DNA of 64,000 nucleotides from Gracilinanus agilis. Its lineage: Eukaryota. Shown in pieces: positions 37,545-51,799 of this stretch. The notes under the pieces were generated by a model that saw only the letters and a program-made list of their open reading frames with translations, ran no database searches and was not told where the DNA came from. Both the position numbers and the translations under genes were made by a program. How positions within the stretch are numbered: the first letter of the stretch is position 1; each line of letters opens with the position of its first letter. The stretch is from NCBI RefSeq assembly GCF_016433145.1, contig NC_058134.1, positions 284,221,308 to 284,285,307 of the forward strand. Direction: 5' to 3'.

Positions 37545-37860
37545 GTGAATATCCAAAGGAACTTATGAGAAAGAATGATATCCACATACAGAGAAAGAAC
37601 TGTGGGAGTAGAAACACAGAAGAAAAACAGCTGCTTGATCACATGGTTCAATGAGTATATGATTGGGGATGTTGGCTTTGAATGATCATTCTATTGCAAA
37701 TATTAATGATATGCAAATAGGTCTTAAATAAAGATACATGTGAAAACCAATGGATTTGCCTGTTGGCTCTGGGAGGGAGAGGGAAGGAGTGGAGGGAAAG
37801 AGCATGAATCATGTAACCATTGAAAAATACTCTAAATTAAGTAATCAAATTTTTTTTTTA
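37545..37860 (+). mobile_element. 5'-truncated L1 (3'UTR only)
   Basis: Matches 18295-18560 (GAAACACAGAAGAAAAACAGCTGCTTGA...CATGAATCATGTAACCAT). Confidence 0.85.
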
Positions 37861-40343
37861 AATATGGATCTACAAATTTTTGGTTTGTTTTCTTCTTTTT
37901 TTTTTTTTTAAGCATAATGAATTTTGTTTCTATGGCCCAGTCTTTACTTGGGAAGTGGCTAGATCTTTATGGTTCATATTCCCTAAATTTATTGCTGTTT
38001 TTATTGGATTTTGGTATTCAATGACATTTTTTAAAATTTCTGGTTTTTATATGAATAATTTCTTTAATTGATCAATTTTTGAAAATGGAAGTCAGTAATC
38101 CCTATAATTTCTAATTTTCCTAATAGGGAAACAAAACAAGTTTTTCAAAACTATTTTTTATTTAGCTCTATTTTCTTTTTTTGTTGTCTTTCTATTAGAT
38201 TTATCTAGCTCTAAGAAAGAAAACCTTTAAAGTTCTCAATTACTGTTATAATCTATATTTTTTTCCATTCAGTTTGTTTTCATTTGTGATTTTAGTGCCA
38301 TGTTATTTAGCAATATACATTTAATAAAATTCTTTTATGGCAATACCTTTGTAATTTTCCTATTTATCTGTCTTGACCTTGTGAAATTTTATTGTTATCT
38401 ACCCTGAAGTCATAAATGCAACTGCAGAAAAAGTTGAAATATATTATCTTGAGAAAATCTTTTCCAGTTCCTCATTTTCATTTATTTATTTTTTGGCTTT
38501 TTGTATACAGGGAATTGCTAGATTTTTTTTATTATACTTTTTTCTCATTATATTTAATATCTCTCATGAATTTAATTCACTTACAAATATTAAAATTATA
38601 CATCTTACAAATTAATATATAGCTAATCATAATTATCCAATTGGTGTTTGCCTCAACAAAATATTTTTATATTAAGGCACTGCCCATTTTAATTTATTTT
38701 CCTTTAAATCAGAATTAGGTTTTATTCTCATTAGTTAAGCACCAGTGATCATTTTATTTCTATGACTGAGTAGAGCTCACTGATTTCCCCCCCACCCCCA
38801 AGAATAAGAACCAATTTTTTTCATTTAATCTCTCCTAGGTTCTCAGTGTCCTGTGTTTCTATCTACTGTTGACACTCCTTAAGTTAGATATATTTTCCCT
38901 CACTAACCACTGAAATTTAACAAGATTGTATTAAATGTTTACATTTACAGTTACAAAGCACTCTGTCGAAGATGAATAATACCTAGTCCCTATCTTCTAG
39001 TAGCCTCTAGTCAACTTTGGCAGGAAAGGCAGGCATACAAATAATTTTAATACAAACCAGAACAAAATAAGTGCTTAAACGCAGAGGAGATGTACAACTA
39101 TAATGTTATAGGAGATGTCAAGAGAAACTATTTTTATTTGGTTATGACAAAAGTAAATGTGGGGAAGGGGCTTAGACTGGACAAACTGGTGCCAGTCAGG
39201 AAATTACACAAACTGGGGACACTCCCACACCTCACAAGGGACAGAACAATAGGACAACACAGAATAAATCACACAGGGATGTGAGGAATGGGGAACGACA
39301 GTTTGTCAGTTAAACTGACACCTATCAGCCAGGGATACCAGTGTTGCTGATGAAACTCCAATAGTGGGATCTTGATGGCTTGGAGAAGACACAGGAAGTA
39401 TATGAAAAACAGTTTAATGTTATGTTTAAGGGCTAGGTGATGAGGGAAAGGGTCACACTAAATCTTATCAGCTATGAATTAACTCAAGGGCTGGATGGCT
39501 GGGCCTCCCTACACTATAACTAAAGCAGTCAGGCAGGACAAGCCTGCCTGGTCAGGAGGGAAAAAGATTTCTCACTAATGTGTCCCCTTCAGCTCCACAG
39601 ATGATCTCAGCTTCCACTGGAACACAGGTATCACAGCAATTAATCCACAGAAAAAATCAAGTCAGGAAGATGAATTTGTCTTCATGTCTACCATGTAGAA
39701 CTTAATTCTATGCTCAACCTGAGCTTCCTTCACTGGACAGATGTTTTCTTGAAGAAGACAATCCACTTTTCCCAGGCTCTTTACTTAAACAGCTAAGCCA
39801 AACAACCCAATTGCCATTACCAACAGAGTCACTGAGAAAAGCCTACAAATAGATAATGGGCAAGAAAATTGAAGAATAAGAAGAGAAAATAAATATAAAT
39901 TTGGGCCACAGATTTGGGTTTTAGCAATAAGAATGGAGTTTGTTGGACTAGACAACTTTTAAGGACCCTTTAATATAGTAGAACTGTCTGTCTCATGTAA
40001 GAGTTATATGATCTTGAAAGGGGTAAAGTATGGATTTTAGTGCCTACAAGTGGGGGGATGGTGGTTTTGAAGACTAGAGTTATAAGTGAGGTGCTATGTC
40101 AGGTCAGAACTTGACAATGAAGAATATATAACATATAATAATAATGAGGGAGGAGGAGAAGAAGATGTTTTTTATTATTTAGAGGTTAAATTAATTCTCA
40201 GTGGAAGAGAAAAGGAATGTGAGAAGTTTATAGTGACTGGAATGTAGGTAAAGGGTGAATTAACAAAAGAAATTTAAAAGGGCAAAACAATCTTTAGTAG
40301 ATATTTAAAGGTTTATCAGATTTTCTCTTACCATTTGACTTGT

Positions 40344-41282
40344 TTATTGCTTTGAGAGGAATACAAATCTTTTAATTGAATCCTTAAAAGCTTGTATCAC
40401 TTGTTTGTTTCTTAGGGCATAAATAAAGGGGTTCATAACAGGAGCAACTGAAGTTGTGAGCACTGTCACTACTTTGTTCAAAGTCACTCCTTCCTTTGCA
40501 GAGGGTTTGATATAAATAAATATGCAGCTGCCATAGGTGATGGAGACAACAATCATGTGAGAAGAACAAGTGGAAAAAGCCTTTTTTCTTTGTTGAACTG
40601 AGGGGAATCTCAGAACTGTCCGAATAATGTTTATATAGGATAAAAAAACTAGGAATAAGGTGATAATGAGTGTCAATATAGCAAAGATCAGAACCATCTT
40701 CTCTATGAATTGTGTATCTGAGCACGCAATCTTTAACATGGGAAATGCATCACAACCAAAATGATCAACAACATTGTAGTCACAGAATTCTAATTGGAGG
40801 CCCAGACTAATTGGTGGAATGATGATCATCAACCCAGCCAGCCAAGAACCCAGGAGGAGCTGTTTACAGACTTTGTTGCTCATGATAGTTGTATAGTGCA
40901 GAGGTTTGCAAATGGCCACATAACGGTCATAGGACATGGTGGCTAGAAGAAAAAATTCGGTTGCCCCAAGAAGGATGACAAAAAATATCTGGGCAAAGCA
41001 AGCAATATAGGTAATGGTATTGTCTCCAGTTGACAAGTTGTAGAGATATCTGGGAATATAGGAAGTTGTGAATGCCACTTCTAAATAGGAAAAGTTTCGA
41101 AGGAAAAAATACATTGGTGTTTTCAGTTGTGCATCCATCAAAGTAAGGATGATTATGATTAGATTCCCAACTATACTCAAAACATATGTGAGAAATAGAA
41201 ATATGAAAATCAAAACCTTTAATTGTGGATCATCTGTTAGTCCTCGAAGGACAAATAACATTATTCCTGTGTTGTTTCTCAT
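40344..41282 (-). CDS. Olfactory receptor (class II, OR6C-like), 312 aa, intact (OR-C)
   Basis: Canonical OR motifs; 34 of 312 residues differ from OR-D by manual count (~89% identity). Confidence 0.97.
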   Translation of the reverse strand: MRNNTGIMLFVLRGLTDDPQLKVLIFIFLFLTYVLSIVGNLIIIILTLMDAQLKTPMYFFLRNFSYLEVAFTTSYIPRYLYNLSTGDNTITYIACFAQIFFVILLGATEFFLLATMSYDRYVAICKPLHYTTIMSNKVCKQLLLGSWLAGLMIIIPPISLGLQLEFCDYNVVDHFGCDAFPMLKIACSDTQFIEKMVLIFAILTLIITLFLVFLSYINIIRTVLRFPSVQQRKKAFSTCSSHMIVVSITYGSCIFIYIKPSAKEGVTLNKVVTVLTTSVAPVMNPFIYALRNKQVIQAFKDSIKRFVFLSKQ

Positions 41283-41300
41283 CTCTGATTTATGATGGAC

Positions 41301-41326
41301 CTGTGGGTAAAGGAAGAGAGACAGGC
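41301..41326 (-). promoter_or_regulatory. 3' splice acceptor of 5'UTR intron of OR-C
   Basis: Minus strand TCTCTCTTCCTTTACCCACAG|G, 18 nt before ATG; same spacing in OR-D. Confidence 0.8.
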
Positions 41327-41639
41327 TAGATTTGGGGAAGAAAATGACAAAATGTCTTCCCCACTGAGAATCAGAGGGAAAAATCCAGGCAAGTTGTCAC
41401 TGGACCTTCATTTTATTTGATAAGAAACAATATCCCTAGTGTGGACCTGAGCATCTCTCAGCTATAAATTAGAGAGAATAAGTAGATGGTTTGTTTAAAA
41501 ATTTTTTTTCTTAACACTTATTCAGACTCTCTAACTTACATGCATTTCTTCCTCATCTCTTCATGGCTACCACCCTTTGCATTTTAATCCACATTAAATT
41601 TTTCTCATTAATTTTCACTCAAAATCTAATAATTAAATA

Positions 41640-42963
41640 ATCAAAAAATTAAATAAACCTTTTCTTAGAAAAAATCTTTATCAAGCAATGCCAGCTCTCT
41701 AAATAACATCCAGAACCAAAAAGATTTAGATTTGAATTCCACCAAACATTTAAAGAACAAATAATCCTAATTCTATATAAAAAACTGGAAAATTACTTCT
41801 ATGACACAAATATGGCTTTGACACCAAAATCAGGAAAAAAACCAGAGAAATAAAAGTATGGACCAATTTTCCTAATGAATATCGATGCAGAAATTTAAAT
41901 AAAATAATGTCCATGAATTACAGCAATATGTTAGAAAGATCATACACTATGACCAGTTGGGATTTCTACTAGAAAGCCAGGACTTTTTAAATATTAAACA
42001 CATTATAATTATAGTTGATCAGATCAAATATAAGAATAATAAAAATCATATGATTTTCTTAATAGGTGTTGAAAAACTTTTAAGAAAACATAACATTTTC
42101 CTATTGAAACATTAGAATGCAGATGAAAAATGGAGCATTCTTTAAAATAATAAGCAGTACATTCTAAAACTGTCAGTGAATATTATCTATATAAGATAAA
42201 CTAGAAACTTTCCCCTAAATTAGTTGAAATAATGAACAACTTTGGAAAAGTAGCAGGATATAAAATAAACTTACCAAAATCATCAGCACTTCTATATATT
42301 ATCAATAAAAAGTTTAGCAGGAAAAGATAGAAAGAAAAATTCCAATTAAATTAATTCCATATAATTTAAAACAGTTAGAATTATACCTGCCAAGGCAAAT
42401 GCAGGAACTATATGAACATGATTACAAAACATTTTGCAAATCACAAAAAAAACCAAATTACAAAACAATTCATGCAAATAAAGAATGATCTTAACAACTT
42501 AGAAAAATATTAATTGTTCATGAATAAGCTGAGTGAATATAACAAAAGAACGGTTCTCCAAAAATTAATTTACTTATTCAATGCTATGTGTAGCATACTT
42601 TCAAGGTCAAAATGGGTTTATGATTTAGACATAAAAGGGGATACTAAAACCCAAATAGGGGAACATACCTGTCCTGTCTATGGAGAAGAGAGAATTTATG
42701 ATTAAACTATATGCAGGAGGAATCATGGGAAATAAAATGGATTATTTTTATTATATTAAATTCAAATATTTTTGGACAACCAAAACTAATGCGGTCAAGA
42801 TTACAAGGCAAATGGGAAATTTTTATAAGTTTCTCTCATAAAAAGTCTCATTCCTCAAATATGTAGGGAACAACTAAAATTTATTTTAAAAAAACCAAAA
42901 AGCAGTCTTTCCCTCACTAATAAATTGTGAAGGATAGAAAGTTTTCAAAAGAAGAAATCAAAG

Positions 42964-43001
<38 letters not shown>

Positions 43002-43810
43002 TTATAAAATGCTCTAAAACACTATTGATAAAGGAAATTCAAATGAAAACAACTCTGACATTCCACCCTTACACATCAGATTGGTTAACAGGACAGAAAA
43101 AGAAAATGCAAATGCTGAAAGGGATGTGAAAAAAAATGCTATGCTAATAAAGTATTGGTAGAACTCTGAACCATTCTGGAGAACAATTTAGAACTATGTT
43201 CACAGGGCTATAAAACTGTGCAAACTAAGTCTGTATCTCAAAGAGATCAAAAGTCAAAGAAAATAATGTATATGCACAAAATTATTTATAACAGCTATTT
43301 TTGTGGTGGCAAAGTATTGAAAACTGAGGGGATGTGCATCAGTTGGAGAATGACTGAACAACCTGAGGCTTATTATTATAATGGAATACTATTGTGCTTC
43401 AAGAAATAACAAGGAGAACAGTTTCAGAAAAATAAGACCTATTTGAACTGATGCAAAGCAAATTGTGAAGAATTTGGAGAACATTGTGCACTGTAACAGC
43501 AATGCTGTATTGACAATCAACTGTGATATACTGATAGCTACTTGTCTACTCTGATCAATACAATGATCCAAGACTATGCCAATAGACCTAATGTTGAAAA
43601 AGACAGAACTGATGAAGTCTGAGTACAAATTGAAATATAATTTCCTCACTTTATTTTTATTGCTTTTATTTCTTTGCAATATAGCTGATATGGAAATATG
43701 TTTTCCATGATTTCACATGTATCATTAATGTCATATTACTTATCTTCTTAGAGGATGGAGAAGGAAGTACTAAGAGAGAAAATTTGGAGCAGAACATTTT
43801 TAAAAAGTTT
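41640..43810 (+). mobile_element. Degraded L1 ORF2 3' half plus 3'UTR within the predicted OR-C 5'UTR intron
   Basis: GACCAATTTTCCTAATGAATATCGATGCAG and CATACACTATGACCAGTTGGGATTT RT-region motifs. Confidence 0.8.
42966..42998. repeat. (TA)n microsatellite
   Basis: Direct reading. Confidence 0.98.
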
Positions 43811-44329
43811 AAAAAATAAGAAAGAAAGAAAATGGGGCCTCACAAAAAGGCCTTTCTTTTGTTTCAGTTAGCTAAGACCTGATTTTGTTTTACAAACATG
43901 AACTTCTCTTTCTGTAAAAGATTTTTTTATCAACTCTGCTCTCTGACATTTCTTTGTTGACATATTATTGTTTAAGTTTGTGTGGATGTTGCCTGTGGAT
44001 GGTCTTTTGGTTCCATTCTTTGATCTTAGCCATTTAATTTATTGCATTGAAACATAAGCTACATTTGACAAACTCAATGGTTTGTGCCTATTGTAAGATT
44101 TCATTATTGCTCCATTAAGCATTATGTTTTATTTCCAGAAACATTTTTATAAATTTTTAGCTCACTTATCATTTAGTATGGGAATATCAGTTCTTCTTTT
44201 TGGTATTTTATATCTCCTATTCATTCCCTATGTTCTATCCACACATGTTAGTTACTCCATTTAAGGCTCTCATCTTTCACTTTGAATATGATAATAATTT
44301 ATTTGAGCCTAATTCATATATCTGCCTCA

Positions 44330-44900
44330 GATATTTCCTTTCACCACTCCATTCTCCATGAAATTATCCAAAAAGTGATGTCATTTCCCTGCTTAAAAAT
44401 GACACAGTGGCTCTCTCTTACCTCTAGAATATAATACCAGCTCATCTCTTTGACCTTTAAAGCCATGACAATCTGCTTTTAGCATTCATTTTCAGGATTA
44501 TTATGTATTATACTCCTTCATATTCTTCTGTTCCAGCAAAACTGGCTTGCTTGATCTTCCTCACACATGGAATTTAAGTTGTCATCTCTTTGTCTTTGAA
44601 TAGGTCATTTCCTTTGCATGGAATGCATTCCCTTCACTTCTCTACTCTGTGGCACCTTCCACTTCTTTCAGAGCTCAGCTCCAAAGCTTCTTTTGATCCC
44701 TCATTTTCTGGTTCCCCGTCCCCAGAAGTTATTTTGTAGATATTTTATATATAAATTTTACCTATGTGTTGTTTCCCCTTAATAGGATATAAGTTGTTTG
44801 AGAACAAGGTCTATTTTGTCTTTGTTGAATTCCCAACACTTATTTTGATGCTCAGAAGATAGAAAGTACTTAAGAAATGTTTGTTGAATAATTGAAGGGA
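44330..44900 (+). mobile_element. L2 3' fragment; homologous copy at ~59350-59770
   Basis: L2 body ending AAGTACTTAAGAAATGTTTGTTGAAT. Confidence 0.65.
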
Positions 44901-45850
44901 TGCTTTCAAATAAATAGGGAGATGAACTGATATTGTCAGAGTGAAGTAGGTATAATGATATACATAGTACTCCTAAAATTGCAAATGATGACTATTACTT
45001 TTTTCTATGCATAAGTTTAATGTGACTCTGATGGAAGTTCAGAGCAAATTGATGTCTCCTCCTTGTCTGCAATTAATTTTTACTTCTCAAGGTAATGATT
45101 AATCCTTATTTTATTCCTCAGGGGAACAAACAATCTATAACCAGAGACACAAAAATATACAATAAAATTAAATGATTTTGTCTTTTGTTTTGTTGGGTAG
45201 GAACTTCTTCAAATCACTGCAAATCTGTAATTATTCATTTCTGCAAAAGCTGTGCATATCTTATAATGAAACTTGGAAGTAACTCCCTCTGCAATAAGGT
45301 AGGAATCTGCTTAATGATATAGTAGAAGTACACAGGGTGTCTAGCTCCTCATTGTTATAATTATGTTCTCTATTGTGGTTAAATGAGCTGTTTCACAAAG
45401 AAAATATTTTAACAAATCCTTGTTGTTTTGTGATTGACTAAAAATGGCTGTGTATTGACTCTTTCATGCAAGGGCTCATGTCTTTTAAATATGGAAAAAT
45501 GTAGTCCAAAGGAATCATGTTTAAATGGAAAACTTCAGGAGAATCAAAGAGATATCTTTGGATAGAGTAGAGCTAGGAAGACATGGAAGCTTTGAAGCAC
45601 CCATCAAGTCACAGAAATAAGCACTAACAAATACTAAATTCACCATCCTTATAGCTGGTCTACTTACTCTTTATTAGAGGGTAAAATTCAAAGGTATTAT
45701 TATTCAGAAGAAAAGTGACATCCTAGAAGCAACTATAGATTCTTTCTTTGAATTATTAATAATATTTGTCTAAATTTTTGATTTTTGCAGCCCTACACAT
45801 TCCCTCATTATAAATCCAAAATGATAATTTGTGAGATGGAAGACCATTTC

Positions 45851-45867
45851 CATACTTACTTTTCTGA
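45851..45867 (-). promoter_or_regulatory. Predicted splice donor of a 5' non-coding exon of OR-C
   Basis: Minus strand TCAGAAAA|GTAAGTATG; conserved in OR-B and OR-D. Confidence 0.68.
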
Positions 45868-46518
45868 TCTCATTCAGTAGAGTAGCTCCAAATTTTCCTG
45901 GTATGACTCAATTCTGAGCAACAGTGTGTGAGTAGAGGTAGCATTGTATGATAAGAAAACAAATAGATTTGTAATCTTTGAGTCCCAGCCCTGCTACTTA
46001 TGATGTTATCTTGTTTAAGTTCCCTTAGCTCAATGATACTCACTTTCCTTATCTTCAAATAAAAGTTTTGGATTAAATCAAGTCTGAATCCTTTTCTAAT
46101 TTTAATAATAAAATCCCAACTGTATATCACTCTCTGATCATACTTGTAATGTAGTATCTTGTATGTCTCCAGGACCCAGACTATTACACTAAGAGGCAGT
46201 TATGTGACTATTTCCCATTTTCAGGTCTTTCGAGGTTCTTTATCCACCTGTTCTTCTCACTTATTCTAAACAAATATTACACCATAGATTTATTGCCAAT
46301 TTAAAATTAGGTTATATTTCCTTGTACTTTTTGTACCTAAAGGGGAAATAGGCTTAGTATAAAAAAGTAATGTTTGAATCTATTTCTTTGTGTTTTAAAA
46401 GAGGTCTGATCTCTCTGAATAGTGAAACATTTCCCTATAAATTTAACAGGAATGACAACAGACAATATTTGTTATATCTACTTAATATCCTTAGGCACAC
46501 AAGAATGAAATAAGTACA

Positions 46519-46798
46519 CAAACAAAACAGTACTTAGGGACTTGGATTTAAGAAGCACTAATGAATCTCCTATGTAATAAACTTTGGCTGATGTCCACAG
46601 AGACCAGAGTATGATAATAGCATCAGATACAGTGGTGAACAAATGATGGGTATACAATGAAACAGGGCCTTTGATCCAATCACTCTACTGTATGTTATCA
46701 GAGAGGGTTTTAGTCAAATGGTAAGGGAGAAGCAATTTGGGATTTCTTGGAGCAGGATAGATTTCAGAGAAATCACAAACATTTTATGTCCCATGGGA
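46519..46798 (-). promoter_or_regulatory. Predicted OR-C promoter module
   Basis: CAAACAA 46519-46525, TACTTAGGGA 46531-46540, TAATGAATCT 46559-46568, palindromic TCCCATGGGA 46789-46798. Confidence 0.72.
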
Positions 46799-47050
46799 TT
46801 CTGAGATATGTTATCATCTTTTGTAGATAGTCGTTTTCCTTGAAGGTTAATTCAAAGGTGTAATATGAGAACTTCAAAGGATCTCCAACTCATTAATTTA
46901 GGTAATGCCTCTACGCAGTGCAAATTGTGAACTTTACATGCCCTCTTATCTTCAGTGATTCTTCAGTAAGAATTTACCCAAATGAATTGAAGGTCATTTC
47001 CTAGGTCTTTTAACATCTCATGATTTCAGTACAACATTTGGGTTATCTAC

Positions 47051-47483
47051 TGTCTCAAATGGGGTCCCAAAGAGGGATGGAGGCAGGATAAGGTGAAAGG
47101 TAAAGAAAGCACTCACACAGGGATGTTCAGCATTGCATGCTTTAATCCACACACTACCTCTCTTCAACAGCTACAGCAGCAGAAATATGTTTCCGGCCCG
47201 TGAGAAACCAAACCTAACTTACATGAGAAATCAAACCTGGCTAGAGTGAGAATCAAATGAAAAACAAAAATCGATTCTGGGAAGTGTTTTCTTCTTAAGA
47301 TACTGAGAACTGTTTTTCCTCTGGCAACAAATGAATGGACATCTGGAGCAAAGACCTTGGGTACCTCAGCATCCTTATCTCAAACATGCTTTTCTCTGTA
47401 GTTGTACCCCTTTCATGACCTCCTCAGGAATGCAAGAGAGGGAGGGGAACATGTTAAGGGAAATTAACCCTTTGAGTTTGCTA
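47051..47483 (-). mobile_element. Short LTR-like element
   Basis: TG...CTACA bounded, locally GC-richer. Confidence 0.4.
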
Positions 47484-49055
47484 CAATCCATCTGCTCCCT
47501 CCCACTTTTGCTTTATGACTCCCTGATATATACTTCTGATAATATATTACTTGTATGAGATTTTTACATTACTTTAATTTTTTCCAATTACATGTTAAAA
47601 CAATTTTTCTTAAATTTTGTAATCCATGTTTCCTCCTTCATTCCCACCTCACCCCTTCCCTGAGAAAGCAGGTAACATCATATAGATTGTACATATGTTA
47701 TCATGTAATACATATTTCCCTGTTCATCATGTGAATATATATATCGCTTTCACTAGAGAAAAATTTATGGAGGAAATAAAATGAAGAATGGTATGTTTCA
47801 ATTTGCTTTCAGACTTTATCTATTCCTTCTATGACAGTAGATATCCTTTATCATCATGAGGTCTTTGGAGTTTTCCTGGATCCTTGCCTTGCTGACAATA
47901 GCTGTCATTCACATTTTATCATTGTATATGAATGTTTTGAATTTTTGTACTTTCTCTTCTTCTATTTACATGTAGAAACAATTTTTTTAAACAATTCTGG
48001 CATTTTGTGATTCAGATTTTCTCTTTTTATTCCTCCCTGCTCCTTAAGGTGGAAAATGGTCTGCTATAGGTTATACCAGTACTTTCATAGTGTACATATT
48101 TCCATATTCCCCATGTCATGACAGAAGACATATCACATACAACATACATACAATAAAAATATTCATAAAGGAAATAAAGTGAAATATGGCATGCTTTGAT
48201 CTGCAATTAGATTTCAATGGTTCCTTCTATGGCTTTGGATAGGATTTTTTTTTCATCATGAGTCTCTGGTTTATCTTGGGACCTTGGATAAAAGATAATA
48301 GTTTTTTCTTTCATGGTTGATCATTGTACAATATTTCTATAACTGTATATTCTGTATTTCTGAATCTGCTTATGTCACTTTGCATCAGTGTATGCAAGTC
48401 TTTCCAAGTTTTTCTGAATTTAATTTTATCATAGTATTACATTAAAACTATAAATCACAACTTGTTCATCCATTCCCTAATTGATGGACTTCACTCCCAT
48501 CATGCAAACACATAGTTTCCAGTTCTTTGCCACTAAAAGTGAACTGTTAAAATATTTTTGTACAGGTAGGTTCTTTCCCCCTCTCTCTGGTCTCTTTGGG
48601 TACAGATGTAATTGTGGTATTACTGCATCAAAGAGTATGCTTAGTTTTATGACCTTTGAGCATGGTTCCATATTGCTCTCCAGAATGGTTATATCAATTT
48701 ACAGCTCCGCCTACAGGGTATAAGTGTCTCAATTTTCCCAAATCCCTTCCAACAGTTGTCATTTTCCTTTTTGATCATATTAGTCAATCTGATAGATATG
48801 AGATGGTATTTCGGAGTTATTTTAATTTGCATTTCACTAATCAGTAGTGATTTGGAGCATTTTTTCACACAACTATGGATAGTTTTTATTTCTTCTTCTG
48901 CCTGTTTATATTAATTGATCAATTGGGGAATGCTTTGTATTCTTATAAATTTGACTCAGTTCTCTATATATTTGAAAAATGAGGCCTTTGTCAGAGATAC
49001 TTGTTACAAAATCCACACCCTCCTCCCAAATTTGTTGCTTCCCCTCTAATCTTAG

Positions 49056-49073
49056 TTATATATATATATATAC

Positions 49074-49113
<40 letters not shown>
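49056..49113. repeat. (TA)n(TG)n compound microsatellite
   Basis: Direct reading. Confidence 0.97.
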
Positions 49114-49118
<5 letters not shown>

Positions 49119-51301
49119 GTTTGTGCAAAACCTTTTAGTTTGATGTAATCAGAATTATCTATTTCATTTTTCTTATGGTCTCTCTGTCTTGTTTGGTCAT
49201 ATATTCTTTCCTTATGTATAAGTTAGACAGGTGAACTTTTCCATGTTCCCAGAATTTCTTTATGATATCACCATTTATTTCTATATCAAGCATCCATTTT
49301 CATTTTATCTTGTTGTGTGGTATGAGATGTTGGTCTATGCTTATTTTTTTGTCATATTTTTTCCCAATTTTCTCAGCAGTTTTGGTCAAATACTTAGTTC
49401 TTTTCCCAATAGTTTGCATCTTTGGGTTTATTGAACACTATATGACTCTGGACATTGCTCCACTAGTCTATTTCTTAGCAAATACCAGATCATTTTTGAT
49501 GATTATTGCTTTATTATATAGTTTGAAATCTGGTATGGTTAAGCCTCCTTCCTTTATATTTTTTCATTACTTCCTTTGATGTTCTTGATCTTTTATTCTT
49601 CCATATAAATTTTGTTTTTTTCTTCTAGTTCTTGAAAATAATTTTGGGCAGTTTGGTGTAGCACTGAAAAGGAAATTAATTTAGGTAGGATTATCACTTT
49701 TATTATATTGGCTTGGCCTATCCATGAGCAATTAATGTCTTGCCAATTGTTTAGGTCTGACTTTATTTGCATGAAAAGTGTTTTGTAATTGTGTTCATAT
49801 AGTTGCTGGATTTATTTTGGCAAGTTTACCCCCAGATATTTTACATTGTCTATGGTTATTTTAAATGGAGTTTCCTTTTCTATCTCATGCTGTTGAGCTT
49901 TGTTGATGAGAAATGAAAATGCCAATGATTTAGATGGGTTTATTTTACATCCTACTTCTTTGCTAAAGTTGTAAATTGTTTCTATTGAGTTTTGGGTTGA
50001 TTATCTGCCAAGAGTGATAGTTTTCTTTCTTTATTGCCCATGGTAATTCCCTCTATTTCTTCTTCTGCTTTTAGTGCTATTTCTAGCATTTCAAATAAAA
50101 TATTAAATAGTAGTGGTGATATTGAGCATCTCTGCTTTACCCTGATCTTTCTAGAAATGATTCTAGCTTGTCTCTGTTTTAGACAATGCTTACTGAGGTT
50201 TTATATAGATGCCCTTTGTTACTTTAAGAAAAGCTCTTTTTATTACAAGATTTTCTAGTTTTTTTTTTAAATAAGAAATAGGTTTTGTATTTTGTCAGAG
50301 GCTTTCCTCCCAATATATTCAGATATAGTATTTCTTTTGTTCTTAATATGGTCAGTTATACTAAGAGATTTCCTAATGTTGAACCATGCTTCCATCCCTG
50401 GTCTAAGACCCACCTGGTCCTAGTGTATTGTCCTTGCCATAATGATACTGTAATCTCCTTGCTAGTATTTTATTATTAAAAATTACATCATTATTCATGA
50501 GAGATATTGGTCTGTAATATTCTTTCCTTATTTTAGCTCTTCCATAGTTTTTAGGTGTCAATACCATATTCACACCATAAAAAGGTTTTGGAAGAATTCC
50601 TTTTCCCCTTATTTTTCCAACTAATTTATGTCATCTTGGAACTAATTGTTCTCTGAATGTTTGGTAGAATTCACTTGTGAAACCATCTGGCTCTGTTGGC
50701 TTTTTCTTGAGGAATTCTTTGATGTTTTGGTCAATTTCCCTTTTTGTGATGGGATTAAGTATTCTACTTCCTATTTTGCTAATTTGTGAAGTTTAAATTT
50801 TTGTTATAATTAGGTTATCAGATTTATTGTCATATACTTGGGTAAAATAACTCCCCAAAATATAATTGCTTTAATTTCTTCTTCATTGGTTGTGATTTTG
50901 CCTTTAAAATTTTTGATACTGGTATTAAAAATAAAAATAACACATGGTTTATGTATTTTATTTATTTTTCATAAAACCCATTCCTTCTCTTATTTATTAG
51001 TTCAATGGTATTCTTTCAATTTAATTTTTTTCTCTTTTAATTTTTAGAATTTCCAATTTGGTGTTTAATTGGGGATTTTTAATTTGTTCTTCTCCTAGAT
51101 TTTTTTTCATGTCCAATTTATTCGTTTGCCTTTCTTTTTGATATGAGCATTTAGAAATATAATATTTCCCCTGAGCACAACTCTGTCTGTATTCTATAAA
51201 TTGAGGCATGCTATCTCCTCACTGTCATTGTTTTCATGTGAACTTATGAATTGTGTCTATGATTTGTTCTTTGACCTATTCATTCTTTAGAACATGTATT
51301 T

Positions 51302-51799
51302 ATTCCTAAAGAATAAATAGTAACAGAAATAACATAAGGAAATAGACAGTAAAACTTTACTAGTCAGGAACCTCAACTTTCCCCTCTCAGAAATAGATAA
51401 AGCCAACCAAAAAAAATAAGAAAAAGGTTAAGGAGATAAATAAAACTTTAGAAAAATTAGATATGATAGACCTGTGGATAAAATTGAAAATAGAAGATAA
51501 TATACCTTTTTCTTAAAAGTATATGGCACCTTCACAAAAACTGAACATATAATAGGGCATAAAAACCTCTCACCCAAATGTAGAAAAACAGAAATAATAA
51601 ATGCATCATTTTCAAACCATAATGCAATAAAATTACATTCAACAAAGGGCAGCAGAAAAAAATTAAAATAAATTGGAACCTTATTTTTTTTTGGTTCGCT
51701 TTATCTATTTCTGAGAGGGGAAAGTTGAGGTTCCTGACTAGTAAAGTTTTACTGTCTATTTCCTTATGTTATTTCTGTTACTATTTATTCTTTAGGAAT
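51302..51799. repeat. Near-perfect inverted repeat: arms 51302-51420 and 51680-51799, 259-bp spacer
   Basis: Arms are reverse complements except one substitution and one extra T. Confidence 0.95.

Noticed and set aside
40384-40725. Alternative-frame or antisense ORFs overlapping OR genes (also 3957-4184, 27089-27271, 56556-56795)
   Set aside because: Expected by-products of OR codon structure; not conserved in frame or length across the four paralogues
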